Positions 28,602 through 38,718 of a stretch of 64,000 nucleotides of DNA are shown here, piece by piece. The notes beneath the pieces are model-generated. The model was given only the letters and a program-made list of their open reading frames with translations. It did no database searches and had not been told where the DNA came from. Source of the stretch: Gammaproteobacteria bacterium (lineage in GTDB: Bacteria; Pseudomonadota; Gammaproteobacteria; JBCCGL01); NCBI GenBank assembly GCA_965277715.1, contig OZ255836.1, forward strand, positions 1,056,001-1,120,000, in the 5' to 3' direction. The position numbers were made by a program, and so were the translations under genes. Numbering within the stretch: position 1 is the stretch's first letter; every line of letters starts with the position of its first letter.

Positions 28602-28713
28602 CATGTATTAACTTGCAACGAATTGTTCCAGAAGGTTTTTTTCTGGAACAATTATTGGCTAATACATCAGACATCATGTATTTACTTGTATGCAAGTTAA
28701 CACATGGGTCTAG
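28602..28713. repeat. MITE/REP-like palindromic element (related copy at 26688-26740)
   Basis: Ends CATGTATTAACTTGCA / TGCAAGTTAACACATG; internal hairpin AATTGTTCCAGAA / TTCTGGAACAATT; 16 bp identical to 26696-26711. Confidence 0.7.
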
Positions 28714-28729
28714 AATAACTGATACTACC

Positions 28730-30610
28730 TCAAGACTTGTGTGTTTTTATCTGAGTTGTTTTAGGCTTCTTCCCCGGTTTTTTTACTTTCTCCCGCTTCT
28801 TGGGTGCACCACTACCAGCCGCATCGCCCTTCGGCGGTTTACTCACCGCACCGCCTTTACCCGCCTGTAGGCTTATCTTCAACTGCCGACCACGCAACCA
28901 CACTTTCTTTAAAGTCTTACGCAACTCTTTTGGCATACCTTCAGGCAAATCGATGAGGCTATGCTCTTCGTAAATAAAAATTTTTCCCATATACCGAGAT
29001 TCAATATCCCCTTCATTGGCAATCGCACCGACAATATCCCCTTTGCTAACACCGTGGGCTTCACCGACTTCGAGGCGGTAGGTTTCCATTCCCATATCAT
29101 CCCGTTGAAATTTTTTGCCACCCTCTCGCTTTTCAGGCTTTTCTGGACGGGTTGGACGGTCGGGGCGGTCAGAGCGTTTAGCAAAACCTGATCGATCCAT
29201 TGATTCAAAACGTTCCCGTTCACGGCGGGCTTTTTGTACGGTTTCTTTTATATAAAAAGGCTTACCGCCTCCCTCCAGACTGGCGATCGCAGCGGCCAGC
29301 AATAGCGGGTCTGTTTCACCGCGTTGCAGGTATTTGTCGACAACACTACGGTATTCCGCTAGATCTTTTTGTAATTCGGTATCGATACGCGCAAACAGCT
29401 GCTCGATTTTGCGTTCGTTCAGGGCAGCTACCGAAGGGAATTTGAACGGTTCAATTTTTTGCCGGGTGGCGCGCTCAATCGCTTGCAACATGCGCCTTTC
29501 GCGACCATTTACAAATAAGATCGCATCGCCTTTGCGCCCTGCCCGGCCCGTGCGCCCGATGCGATGTACGTACGATTCGGTATCGTAGGGTACATCGTAG
29601 TTGATGACATGGCTGATGCGCTCTACATCCAGACCACGTGCCGCCACATCGGTGGCAACGAGAATATCAATTTTGCCGCTTTTTAAACGCGCCACCGTTT
29701 TTTCGCGTTGATTCTGGGCAATATCACCATTTAACGGTTCGGTGGCATAACCGCGTGCCTGTATGCGGTCGGCAACTTCCAGAGTGGCGTTTTTGGTGCG
29801 CACAAAAATCAATATGCCATCGAATTCTTCAACGTCGAGGATTCGAGTTAAGGTGTCGAGTTTTTCATTGTTATTGAGTTGTAAATAGCGCTGGTGAATT
29901 GTGGCAGCGGTGGTGGTTTTTAGTTTAATCGTGACTTCTGCAGGGTCTTGCAGGTATTTCTTACTGATATTTTTGATTTGTGTGGGCATGGTGGCCGAAA
30001 ATAACGCCGTTTGGCGTTGCGTCGGCATTTGTTCCAAAATCCATTCCACGTCATCGATAAAACCCATGCGCAGCATTTCATCCGCTTCATCCAACACCAG
30101 GGTTTTTACGTTATCCAGTATTAAAGTCTTGCGCCGCATATGATCCATCACCCGCCCCGGTGTACCGACGACGACATGTACACCCCGCTCTAACTGGCGA
30201 ATCTGGCCACGGTAATCGGCCCCACCATAAATGGGCAACACTTTAAAACCCGGCAAGTGCTTGGCGTAGCTTTGAAATGCTTCGGCGACCTGTATGGCCA
30301 GTTCACGCGTCGGTGCCAGGCATAAAACCTGTACGCCTTTGGCTTTATTGTCCATATTGGACAATATCGGTAATGCGAAAGCGGCGGTTTTACCTGTACC
30401 CGTTTGCGCTACACCCAGAATATCGCGCCCGGACAAAAGGTGCGGAATAGCCTGCGCCTGGATCGGTGAAGGGGTTTCATAACCAATTTCTGCAATCGTT
30501 TTTTGCAGTTCCGGGCGCAGCGGTAAATCTGGGAATTTAGTGACTGTGCTCGCTTGCGGCGGGGAGGGTTCTGTTTGCTGATTGGCGTTGGGGTTCACGT
30601 AGAGGGCCAA
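28730..30610 (-). CDS. deaD: DEAD-box RNA helicase DeaD/CsdA
   Basis: AQTGTGKT, PTRELA, DEADEM, SAT, HRIGRTGR, C-terminal DbpA-type domain; exact start uncertain. Confidence 0.93.
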   Translation of the reverse strand: MALYVNPNANQQTEPSPPQASTVTKFPDLPLRPELQKTIAEIGYETPSPIQAQAIPHLLSGRDILGVAQTGTGKTAAFALPILSNMDNKAKGVQVLCLAPTRELAIQVAEAFQSYAKHLPGFKVLPIYGGADYRGQIRQLERGVHVVVGTPGRVMDHMRRKTLILDNVKTLVLDEADEMLRMGFIDDVEWILEQMPTQRQTALFSATMPTQIKNISKKYLQDPAEVTIKLKTTTAATIHQRYLQLNNNEKLDTLTRILDVEEFDGILIFVRTKNATLEVADRIQARGYATEPLNGDIAQNQREKTVARLKSGKIDILVATDVAARGLDVERISHVINYDVPYDTESYVHRIGRTGRAGRKGDAILFVNGRERRMLQAIERATRQKIEPFKFPSVAALNERKIEQLFARIDTELQKDLAEYRSVVDKYLQRGETDPLLLAAAIASLEGGGKPFYIKETVQKARRERERFESMDRSGFAKRSDRPDRPTRPEKPEKREGGKKFQRDDMGMETYRLEVGEAHGVSKGDIVGAIANEGDIESRYMGKIFIYEEHSLIDLPEGMPKELRKTLKKVWLRGRQLKISLQAGKGGAVSKPPKGDAAGSGAPKKREKVKKPGKKPKTTQIKTHKS

Positions 30611-30701
30611 TAAAAAGGGCGCGCAGTTTACACCCCCTACCTTTTAATTGATAGTTAGAAATATAAAACAAGCAAACCATATATACGCGTTATACATAAC
30701 A

Positions 30702-32027
30702 CTACAAAGCCCTAAAGCTCGCCTCCAACCCATCGGCAACAGCATCCACATCCGCCATTGATAAACACAATGGCGGTACAAACCGCAGCACACTCTTGTG
30801 TGGGCCAGATTTGCTTAAGATCAAACCGTTGTCACGGGCCAGCTCAAATACACGCGCAGTGGCACCCGGGTTTGGTGTGTGTGTACGTTGATCGGTGACC
30901 AGTTCGATAGCGAGCATTAAACCTTTGCCCCGCACATCACCGATAACCGGGTAGCGCTTTTTTAAATCGACCAGTCGCTCCAAGAGCGCGGCTCCCACTT
31001 GTTTGGCATTGATCTGAGTGTTTTCACGCTGCATCACTTGCAACACGGCGCGACCCGCCGCACAGGAAGTCGGGTTGGCGCCATAGGTGTGAAAACAAAA
31101 CTTACCATCCATCGACTCAGCCACTGCGCGTTTGGCCACAACCGCACCCAACGGGAAGCCATTGCCAATGCCTTTGGCCATCACCACGATATCGGGAATA
31201 ACATCGTGCTGTTCAAACGCCCAAAAGCTCTCACCAGTACGGCCAACGCCGCTTTGCACTTCATCAATAACACAGACACCACCGGCTGCGCGCACCTGCT
31301 CGAATGCCCCTTTGATGTACCCCTCCGGCATGGCGACGATGCCGCCATAGCCTTGCACTGGCTCGATAATCATGCCCGCCAGGTGGCCACTGGTGGCGGC
31401 GGTAATGGTGCGGTCGAGGTCGTCGAGATACCCCTGCACATTGTCGCCGTGTAACCCACGATAGGTGTTGGGATCAGAGGTGAAGGCGATACCACCCAAT
31501 TGCGGTACGTTATGCCGGAACGATTTGATCCCGGTTAGTGCCATCGCCCCAAAGGTGGCGCCGTGGTAGGCAGTTTGCAGGGCAATAAAGTCGATATTGC
31601 CGGTATAGGCGCGTGACATCAGCAGCGCCAGATCGACAGCCTCCGCCCCCGAGCTGGTAAAGTGTACAACCCACTCATGGCCTTTTGGCAAGGTTGCGAT
31701 CAGTTCTTCGGCATAGTGTGCAGGCACTGGATGGTAAAACATAGTCGTACAGTGTTGCAGAGTCTGTGCCTGCTGTGCGACAGCCGCCGATACCGTGGGG
31801 TTGGCATGGCCCACGGATACGCACACGTTCATACCCAGCAAATCAATAAACTTTCTCCCGTCCATATCCCACAAATACTGCCCTTCTCCCCGCGCAAAAA
31901 TTTGCGGTGTCTGATAGGGCACAAAAGCGCGTTGCGAAGCGGCATACCACGTGTCACGACGCCGGATAATCGCATCAGTATCCCAGTCGACAGGCAGCGC
32001 TGGATGGGTGGTAGGTGTGGTCGTCAT
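30702..32027 (-). CDS. Class III aminotransferase (AGXT2-like)
   Basis: IIEPVQGYGG, DEVQSG.GRTG, MAKGIGNGFP. Confidence 0.9.
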   Translation of the reverse strand: MTTTPTTHPALPVDWDTDAIIRRRDTWYAASQRAFVPYQTPQIFARGEGQYLWDMDGRKFIDLLGMNVCVSVGHANPTVSAAVAQQAQTLQHCTTMFYHPVPAHYAEELIATLPKGHEWVVHFTSSGAEAVDLALLMSRAYTGNIDFIALQTAYHGATFGAMALTGIKSFRHNVPQLGGIAFTSDPNTYRGLHGDNVQGYLDDLDRTITAATSGHLAGMIIEPVQGYGGIVAMPEGYIKGAFEQVRAAGGVCVIDEVQSGVGRTGESFWAFEQHDVIPDIVVMAKGIGNGFPLGAVVAKRAVAESMDGKFCFHTYGANPTSCAAGRAVLQVMQRENTQINAKQVGAALLERLVDLKKRYPVIGDVRGKGLMLAIELVTDQRTHTPNPGATARVFELARDNGLILSKSGPHKSVLRFVPPLCLSMADVDAVADGLEASFRAL

Positions 32028-32045
32028 ATAGTAATCCTCACTGCA

Positions 32046-34463
32046 TCAGGTTTTCATTCGGTGGTTTTGAGGGTCGAAGGGTGGTTTATCTAAAATCGCT
32101 ACCGCGATACGCTGCCCCAATAGTTCAGCAGACAAGGGTTGGTCGAACGCTGAGGCCGGTTCACTTAGCCAGGCGAGCGCCAGGCTTTTCCCCACTCTGG
32201 CACCGTAAGCACCCGAGGTGATAACCCCCACGCAGCGCTCACCACAAAATACCGGGTGTCCACCAAATGCTTCGATTTCGCACGTTTCGCACGTGTGAGT
32301 ATCGAGTGACAACAACTGCATATGCCAATCGCTGGCGCCACGGGCGCTCAGTGCCTGTTTAACGAATAAACCTGCCCCGGCTTCATGGGGGGTGCGTTCA
32401 CTGGTGAAATCCAGCCCCCAGGCACGGTAGCCTTTTTCAAGCCGCATGGCATTGGCGGCAAAAGCGCCGTAGTGGCCAATAGTCAGTGTTCTATCTGTCT
32501 TGGTAATGGCGTCATACACACGGCCAAGTTGTGCATTTTCGACATGCAGTTCCCAACCGGATTCACCGATATAAGATACCCTTAAAGCACGCACAGCACA
32601 CCCGGCGATGCGCAGGTGTTGTGCACTCAACCAGGGAAACTGATTTTGTGACAGGTCGGCATCGACAAGCCTCTGCAACAACGATTGTGCCAATGGCCCC
32701 ATCACCGCCAGAATCCCCATGGATGTGGTGTGGTTGCTCAGTACAACCTCATGGTGCCGGGCGTGTGTGCGCAGTAAATCATCATCCCGCCGCTCGGCCG
32801 CTGCCGCGCTGATCAGGTAGAAATGCCCGGCTGAAAAACGGGTGACGGTGAATTCTGAGAATACTCCTTCACTGGGTGTCAGTGCGTGCGTGAGTACAAT
32901 TTGTCCGTCGCGTTGTGGCGCCTGGTTGGCGCCGAGTGAATCGATAAATGCTTCAGCGCCTGGGCCACAAATATCAAATTTGGAAAACGGTGATAGGTCG
33001 GCCAGCGCAACAGCCCGATTGGCATGTTGGCACTCGACAACCACTGTGTCGAACCAATTGGTGCGATAAAAACTATTGGTCTGCTGCGCATCGTATGTGC
33101 CGCGTGAAAAATAATTGGGGCGCTCCCAGCCATAGGCGCAACCCATTACGGCACCCGCCGCCAGCATACGGCTGTGCAGCGGGCTGGTGCGGGCTGGCCG
33201 ACCCGCCTCGCGCTCTTCATAGGGAAAGTGCACGCCAAACTGTTTGCCAAATGTTTCCACCGCCTTGCTGACGCGGTAATTGCGATCGGCATAGGCACCA
33301 AAACGCCGTGGATCGATAGCCAGTTCATCCATTGGGGGTGCACCATTCACCAGCCATTCGGCGAGAAAACAACCGGCACCACCGCCCTCCATCACACCCA
33401 TTGATGAACCCGTCAACAACCATGCATTTGGCAGGCCGTAAGCGGGGCCAATGAGTGGGTTGGCGTCAGGGGTAAAGGTAATCGGGCCATTGACCACTGT
33501 TTTAATACCGCCTTCAGCGAGCGCGGGGATACGTGCTATAGCCGCTTCGATGATTGCTTCGATGGGTTCAAGGTTGGGTGGCAATAATTCCATACCGAAA
33601 GCTTTTGGCACCTCATCGATTGACCACGGTGTCCCGTTCGCCTCATAGGGACCGAGAATAAAGCCATCGCGCTCCTGGCGCACATACCAGGATTCCTCTG
33701 GATCACGAATAATAGGCAGCTCGCCCGCCAGGTTACGCACGGCGTCAATACCTTCGGTAACGAGGTATTGGTGCAACATCGGCACAACCGGCAGATCGAC
33801 CCCCATCATATCGCCGATCTCGCGGCACCAGGTGCCCGCAGCGTTGATCAGCGTATGTGCTTCAATGCTGCCTTCACGGGTGTGCACACGCCAGGTATCG
33901 GTGGGGCTGCGCTCTATTTTTTCGACCGGGTTATTGCGGTAGATGCCAACCCCACGTTGGCGGGCGCCCGCCGCCATCGCGTGGGTGGCCTGGCTGGGGT
34001 CGACATAGCCATCCAGGGGTTCAAAAATCCCCCCCAATAGACCATCCCCTGTGCTGGCCAGAGGGTGAAACCGGTGTAATTCCCTAGCATCAAAAACGCT
34101 GAAGTCATAGCCGGTGAATTTACCCAGGCCCTGTACATGCCGAAACTCCGCCATACGCGCCTCACTGCGGGTAATGCGCAGCGCGCCACAGGCGTGAAAG
34201 CCAACCGGCAGGCCGGTTTCCTGTGGCAGCTTGTTTTTGTACAAATCAACGCTGTGTGCACGCAAAAACTGGATCGTGGCATTGTGTGCAAAATGTGTAC
34301 ACAAACCCGCCGCATGCCAGGTGGAGCCTGCGGTCAGTTCATTCTTTTCAATCAGCACGACATCACAGTGCCCGAGTTTACTGAGGTGGTACGCCAGTGA
34401 TACCCCCATCACACCACCACCGATAATGACGTATTGTGCCTGTGTTTTCATTTGCTGTGCCAA
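32046..34463 (-). CDS. GcvT-family FAD oxidoreductase (dimethylglycine dehydrogenase-like)
   Basis: IIGGGVMG, LTAGSTWHAAG, NGPITFTPD, RVSYIGESGWE, RLEKGY. Confidence 0.9.
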   Translation of the reverse strand: MAQQMKTQAQYVIIGGGVMGVSLAYHLSKLGHCDVVLIEKNELTAGSTWHAAGLCTHFAHNATIQFLRAHSVDLYKNKLPQETGLPVGFHACGALRITRSEARMAEFRHVQGLGKFTGYDFSVFDARELHRFHPLASTGDGLLGGIFEPLDGYVDPSQATHAMAAGARQRGVGIYRNNPVEKIERSPTDTWRVHTREGSIEAHTLINAAGTWCREIGDMMGVDLPVVPMLHQYLVTEGIDAVRNLAGELPIIRDPEESWYVRQERDGFILGPYEANGTPWSIDEVPKAFGMELLPPNLEPIEAIIEAAIARIPALAEGGIKTVVNGPITFTPDANPLIGPAYGLPNAWLLTGSSMGVMEGGGAGCFLAEWLVNGAPPMDELAIDPRRFGAYADRNYRVSKAVETFGKQFGVHFPYEEREAGRPARTSPLHSRMLAAGAVMGCAYGWERPNYFSRGTYDAQQTNSFYRTNWFDTVVVECQHANRAVALADLSPFSKFDICGPGAEAFIDSLGANQAPQRDGQIVLTHALTPSEGVFSEFTVTRFSAGHFYLISAAAAERRDDDLLRTHARHHEVVLSNHTTSMGILAVMGPLAQSLLQRLVDADLSQNQFPWLSAQHLRIAGCAVRALRVSYIGESGWELHVENAQLGRVYDAITKTDRTLTIGHYGAFAANAMRLEKGYRAWGLDFTSERTPHEAGAGLFVKQALSARGASDWHMQLLSLDTHTCETCEIEAFGGHPVFCGERCVGVITSGAYGARVGKSLALAWLSEPASAFDQPLSAELLGQRIAVAILDKPPFDPQNHRMKT

Positions 34464-34571
34464 GCCTAAATTAATGGGGTAACAATTTACCGGCCACGGT
34501 GGATAGGGTTAATCTGACCCCAACCTGGATTTTTTGACCTGTTTGTCATTGGCAAATCCTATTACTCTCCT

Positions 34572-35516
34572 TTAATGCCTGTTTTGCAGTGCCTTGGCAA
34601 TCGCCACCAGGCCATCATTCATCTTTTTCGACAACGCGGCAAAATCCGCACCCTGCGCCTGCCGCTCACACCCCTCAACCATTTTATCGCGCAGTGCCTG
34701 TGTCAACTCGGGCGCCACCAGGCGCGTCCACGGCAGTTTCAATGCAGGCCCAAATTGGTCGAGGCAATAGGCCATACCCCCTTCACCGCCACCGACATGA
34801 AAGATTTCACAAGGCCCCATCAACGCCCAGCGGGGGCCGGGACCATTGACCACCGCCTGGTCGATCTGTTCGACTGTCGCCTCACCGTTCGCGACCATAT
34901 GCAGGGCTTCGCGCCAGATGGCTTCCTGCAAACGCGTGGCGATAAACCCCGGCACTTCTTTTTCCATCACCAGCGGCGATTTACCCGCCAGTTGATAAAA
35001 TGACTGCGCTGTCTGTAAGGTCTCAGGAGCGGTTTTCTGGCCACCCACCAGTTCCACCAGAGGCATCAGGTACGGCGGGTTAAATGGGTGGGCAACCACT
35101 GTGCGTTCAGGGGTCGGGCAACGCGCCTGAATATCACTCATCGACAGGCCAGACGTGCTGGAGGCAATAATCACTCCCTGCGGCACCAGGTCACCCAGTT
35201 TTTCATACAATGCCTGCTTGAGATCGAGGTTTTCCGGCGCGCTCTCCTGGACAAAATCCGCATCGGCCACTGCCGCAGTAAGATCGGTGGTAATGCGCAG
35301 ATGATCGGGGGATGCCCCTTCAGCTACCCCAAGCGCCACCAGACTGGGCCAGGCTGTATCAATCAGGCGTTTTAACGATGCCTCTTCACTTGCGTCATGC
35401 AGATAGCAGGTAACCTGATAGCCACGCGACAAAAAGTGTGCTGACCAGCCACCGCCAATTGGGCCACCGCCAATGCAGGTGATGCGTTTGATTTCATCTG
35501 CGGGTTTCATCGACAT
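34572..35516 (-). CDS. L-carnitine dehydrogenase-like 3-hydroxyacyl-CoA dehydrogenase
   Basis: GGGPIGGGW, QESAPE, SSTSG, HPFNPPYLMPLVE, QFGPALKLPWT. Confidence 0.85.
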   Translation of the reverse strand: MSMKPADEIKRITCIGGGPIGGGWSAHFLSRGYQVTCYLHDASEEASLKRLIDTAWPSLVALGVAEGASPDHLRITTDLTAAVADADFVQESAPENLDLKQALYEKLGDLVPQGVIIASSTSGLSMSDIQARCPTPERTVVAHPFNPPYLMPLVELVGGQKTAPETLQTAQSFYQLAGKSPLVMEKEVPGFIATRLQEAIWREALHMVANGEATVEQIDQAVVNGPGPRWALMGPCEIFHVGGGEGGMAYCLDQFGPALKLPWTRLVAPELTQALRDKMVEGCERQAQGADFAALSKKMNDGLVAIAKALQNRH

Positions 35517-35517
35517 T

Positions 35518-36342
35518 TCATCGCCCCTTAAATACCGGTTTACGTTTTTCAACAAAGGCGCGAACACCCTCTTGTGCATCTTCAGATTTCAGCATTTGTC
35601 GGTATACCGGCAAATCACCCGTGCGCATGGTGTTAAATGCATTGTGAATGGTCTCCCCTTCAATACTGCGCAATACCTCTTTGACCGTTTGCAAGGCCAA
35701 CGGGGCCGATTCGGCCAGTTGATCGGCCCAGGCGCGTGCGCTGTCGAGTAGGTCGGCGGCGGGCACGACTTTGTTCACCAGGCCGTAGCGCATCGCCTCC
35801 TCTGCTGTCAGCCAACGCCCCAGCAGCAGCATTTCCATCGCAATATTGTAGGGAATACGGCGCGGTAACCGTTGGATAGCGCCCGCATCAGGAATAATAC
35901 CAAGCGGTAATTCAGGCAGCGCAAACTGCACGTTTTCTGTGGCGATAATCAAGTCACAGGCGACCGCGATTTCCAGACCACCGCCAATGGCCAGGCCATT
36001 CAACGCGGCGATCACGGGCTTGTTTAAGTCCCACATTTCCGTAATACCGGCAAAACCGCCCATGCTGGCATCTTCGTTTTCCCACCAGTTATCCAGCGCG
36101 ATATCGCCGCTGTTCAACGCCTTTAAATCCCAGCCAGCCGAGAAGATTTTTTCACCCGCGCTAGTTAATATGGCCACCCGCAGATCCGGGTCATCCCGTA
36201 GCATAACAAATGCCTGGCCGAGTTTTTTGCTGGTGGCATCATCAATTGCATTGACTTTGGGCCTGTCGATGGTGATTTCCAATACATGGCCGCGCCGTTC
36301 CACACGGACTTCTTTATCTATATCCCGTTCATTGTTACTCAT
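35518..36342 (-). CDS. Crotonase, carnitinyl-CoA dehydratase (CaiD-like)
   Basis: DRPKVNAID, FSAGWDLK, GGFAGITE, EMLLLGR. Confidence 0.85.
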   Translation of the reverse strand: MSNNERDIDKEVRVERRGHVLEITIDRPKVNAIDDATSKKLGQAFVMLRDDPDLRVAILTSAGEKIFSAGWDLKALNSGDIALDNWWENEDASMGGFAGITEMWDLNKPVIAALNGLAIGGGLEIAVACDLIIATENVQFALPELPLGIIPDAGAIQRLPRRIPYNIAMEMLLLGRWLTAEEAMRYGLVNKVVPAADLLDSARAWADQLAESAPLALQTVKEVLRSIEGETIHNAFNTMRTGDLPVYRQMLKSEDAQEGVRAFVEKRKPVFKGR

Positions 36343-36587
36343 CTTTTTCCTCACACTGAATGGATCAAAACACAGGTAGGCAAGTTACGTGGGCAATCGT
36401 GCAACACGTCGTATTTTTCGACAAAAGCAAAAATATTCCGACGCGATGTAAGGCCAATAAATGCATTGCTTACAACACCTGCCCAGGAGGCGAATTATGA
36501 CCAAAGCTGTCGATTTTTATAAAGCGACACATTGTACTTTTACCAATGATGCCAATACCGACAGGAGGCCACACAATAAGCACTGCG

Positions 36588-38711
36588 ATGACACCGAAAC
36601 AACAACATAACCTACGCCGCCTGCTCAACCCCCGGCACGCCGTTTTTATCGGAGGCGACGCCGCTGAATTTTCCGCGCAGCTCTGCGCAAACGCAGGCTT
36701 TAAAGGCGCGATATGGGGTGTCAATGCCAGGCGTGACACTATGGCGGGGTTTCCCTGCTTTTCGCGTATTGAGGATCTGCCCGAGGCGCCAGACGCGGTG
36801 TTTCTGGCCATTCCGCAACCGGTGGCTCTGGCTGCCGTAACCGCACTCAACGCCCTGGGTGCAGGTGGTATCGCCTGCTTTACCGCTGGCTTTGGCGAGC
36901 TGGGCGATGAGGGCGCGGTACGCGAGCAGGCGCTTACTGCAGCGGCGGGCGATATGGCCCTGATCGGCCCAAATTGCCAGGGCATTCTCAATTATATTAA
37001 CAACGCGCCCCTGTGGCCTTTTGGCTTTCCTGTTCAGCATTTTACCCAGGGTGCAGCGATCATTTCCCAAAGCGGTATGCTGTGCTCCAACCTCACTATG
37101 CAACAGCGTTCGATTCCTTTTTCCTACGTTATCAGCGCGGGCAACCAAGCCGTTTTGGCAGTTGAGGATTACCTCGAAGTACTGATTGATGACCCGGCAG
37201 TCACCGCCATCGGTTTATACATTGAAGCCCTGCACAACGTTGCCCGCTTCAGCGAAATGGCCTTGCGCGCACTGGACCGTGGCAAACCCATTGTGGCACT
37301 TAAAGGGGGCACGTCGAGTGTCGGTGCGCAACTCACCGTTACCCATACCGGCTCGCTGTCAGGTTCTGAGCGGTTGTACAGCGCACTGTTTAACCGCCTG
37401 GGCGTTATCCAGGTGGACAGCCCGGCGGTGATGCTGGAAACCTTGAAGCTGGTATCGGTAGCCAGTGCCCCTGCCGGTAGACGAATTGCTGCATTTACGC
37501 TGTCTGGCGGTGATGCGGCGATGCTCGCCGATGCCGGTGAAAAGCTGGGTCTGGCACTACCCCAGCCCAGCGCGTGCACACACCGGGAATTAAAAACCCT
37601 GCTACCGGCAATTGCCACGGTCTCCAACCCACTTGATCTCACCACGCCGCTTTGGGGCGACGAGGAAAACGTGCCCAAAGTCATCGCCAATTTACTCGCC
37701 GATGGCTTCGACGCCGCACTGTTTGTGCAGGACTACCCGATGCCCGATATGGGGGTTAGCAACGCCGAGTACCGCGCCGATGCACGTTCGCTGATACGTG
37801 CCACCCGTGCCGCCAACATCCCCGCCGTTGTCGTCAGCAGCTTGCCGGAAAATATTGATAAAGAGACCCGTGACTGGTTAATCGAAAACCGGGTGGCGCC
37901 CCTACAAGGTATCAACGAGGCATTGCAGGCACTGGTTGGTGGCGCCCTACACAGCGCACGGCGTGCGCAGCAGGCCGCCTCTACACCCCACGCGCTATCC
38001 ACTACGCACCCAAAAGCGCCTGGTGCGCTCACGTTATTGGACGAATGGCAGGGAAAATGTTGTTTGGAAAACGCGGGGATCACTGTACCCGATGGGCGTT
38101 TAGTCAGTGCTGAACGTGCCCGGGCAGCGGCGGAATCCATCGGCTATCCACTGGTCGCCAAGCTGGTCAATAAGCACTTGCCACACAAAACGGAAGCGGG
38201 CGCCGTTGTGCTCAATATTCAAAATGCCGATCAGCTAACGACTGCTATCAAGGCAATACGTCACTCGGTGAGCGCTTGGTCATCAGAAACAGCCATGACA
38301 ATTGCCACCGACACATTCCTTATTGAAAAAATGCTCGATACGCCCGTGGCTGAGCTATTACTCGGGGTGCGTCGTGACGATCATTTTGGCCTGGTGATGT
38401 TGCTTGCCAGTGGCGGTATTTTGGTCGAGCTCATCGACGATGCGCAAACCTTGCTGTTACCGGCGAGTCGTGACAGCGTAGAAGAGGCATTGAGCGCATT
38501 GAAAATCAGCCGCTTGATCGATGGTTATCGCGGCAAACCCGCCGGTGATAGAGAACAGCTTGTCAATACAATCCTGGCGATTGCCCAATTTGCATTACAG
38601 CGGGAAAACCAACTGGAGGAACTCGACATCAATCCTTTGATGATCTTGCCGGATGGTGTTATCGCCGCTGATGTATTGCTGCGCGTCGGTGCGCCCGACG
38701 ACAAAGATTAA
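36588..38711 (+). CDS. ADP-forming acyl-CoA ligase family protein (CoA-binding + ATP-grasp)
   Basis: LIGPNC, ISQSG, HTGSLSG, SNPLD, HKTEAGAV, LDINPL. Confidence 0.9.
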   Translation: MTPKQQHNLRRLLNPRHAVFIGGDAAEFSAQLCANAGFKGAIWGVNARRDTMAGFPCFSRIEDLPEAPDAVFLAIPQPVALAAVTALNALGAGGIACFTAGFGELGDEGAVREQALTAAAGDMALIGPNCQGILNYINNAPLWPFGFPVQHFTQGAAIISQSGMLCSNLTMQQRSIPFSYVISAGNQAVLAVEDYLEVLIDDPAVTAIGLYIEALHNVARFSEMALRALDRGKPIVALKGGTSSVGAQLTVTHTGSLSGSERLYSALFNRLGVIQVDSPAVMLETLKLVSVASAPAGRRIAAFTLSGGDAAMLADAGEKLGLALPQPSACTHRELKTLLPAIATVSNPLDLTTPLWGDEENVPKVIANLLADGFDAALFVQDYPMPDMGVSNAEYRADARSLIRATRAANIPAVVVSSLPENIDKETRDWLIENRVAPLQGINEALQALVGGALHSARRAQQAASTPHALSTTHPKAPGALTLLDEWQGKCCLENAGITVPDGRLVSAERARAAAESIGYPLVAKLVNKHLPHKTEAGAVVLNIQNADQLTTAIKAIRHSVSAWSSETAMTIATDTFLIEKMLDTPVAELLLGVRRDDHFGLVMLLASGGILVELIDDAQTLLLPASRDSVEEALSALKISRLIDGYRGKPAGDREQLVNTILAIAQFALQRENQLEELDINPLMILPDGVIAADVLLRVGAPDDKD

Positions 38712-38718
38712 ACCCCCT

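Noticed and set aside
30999-38140. Many long antisense or alternate-frame ORFs in the catabolic cluster
   Set aside because: Shadow ORFs of well-supported GC-rich genes, with no motifs of their own.
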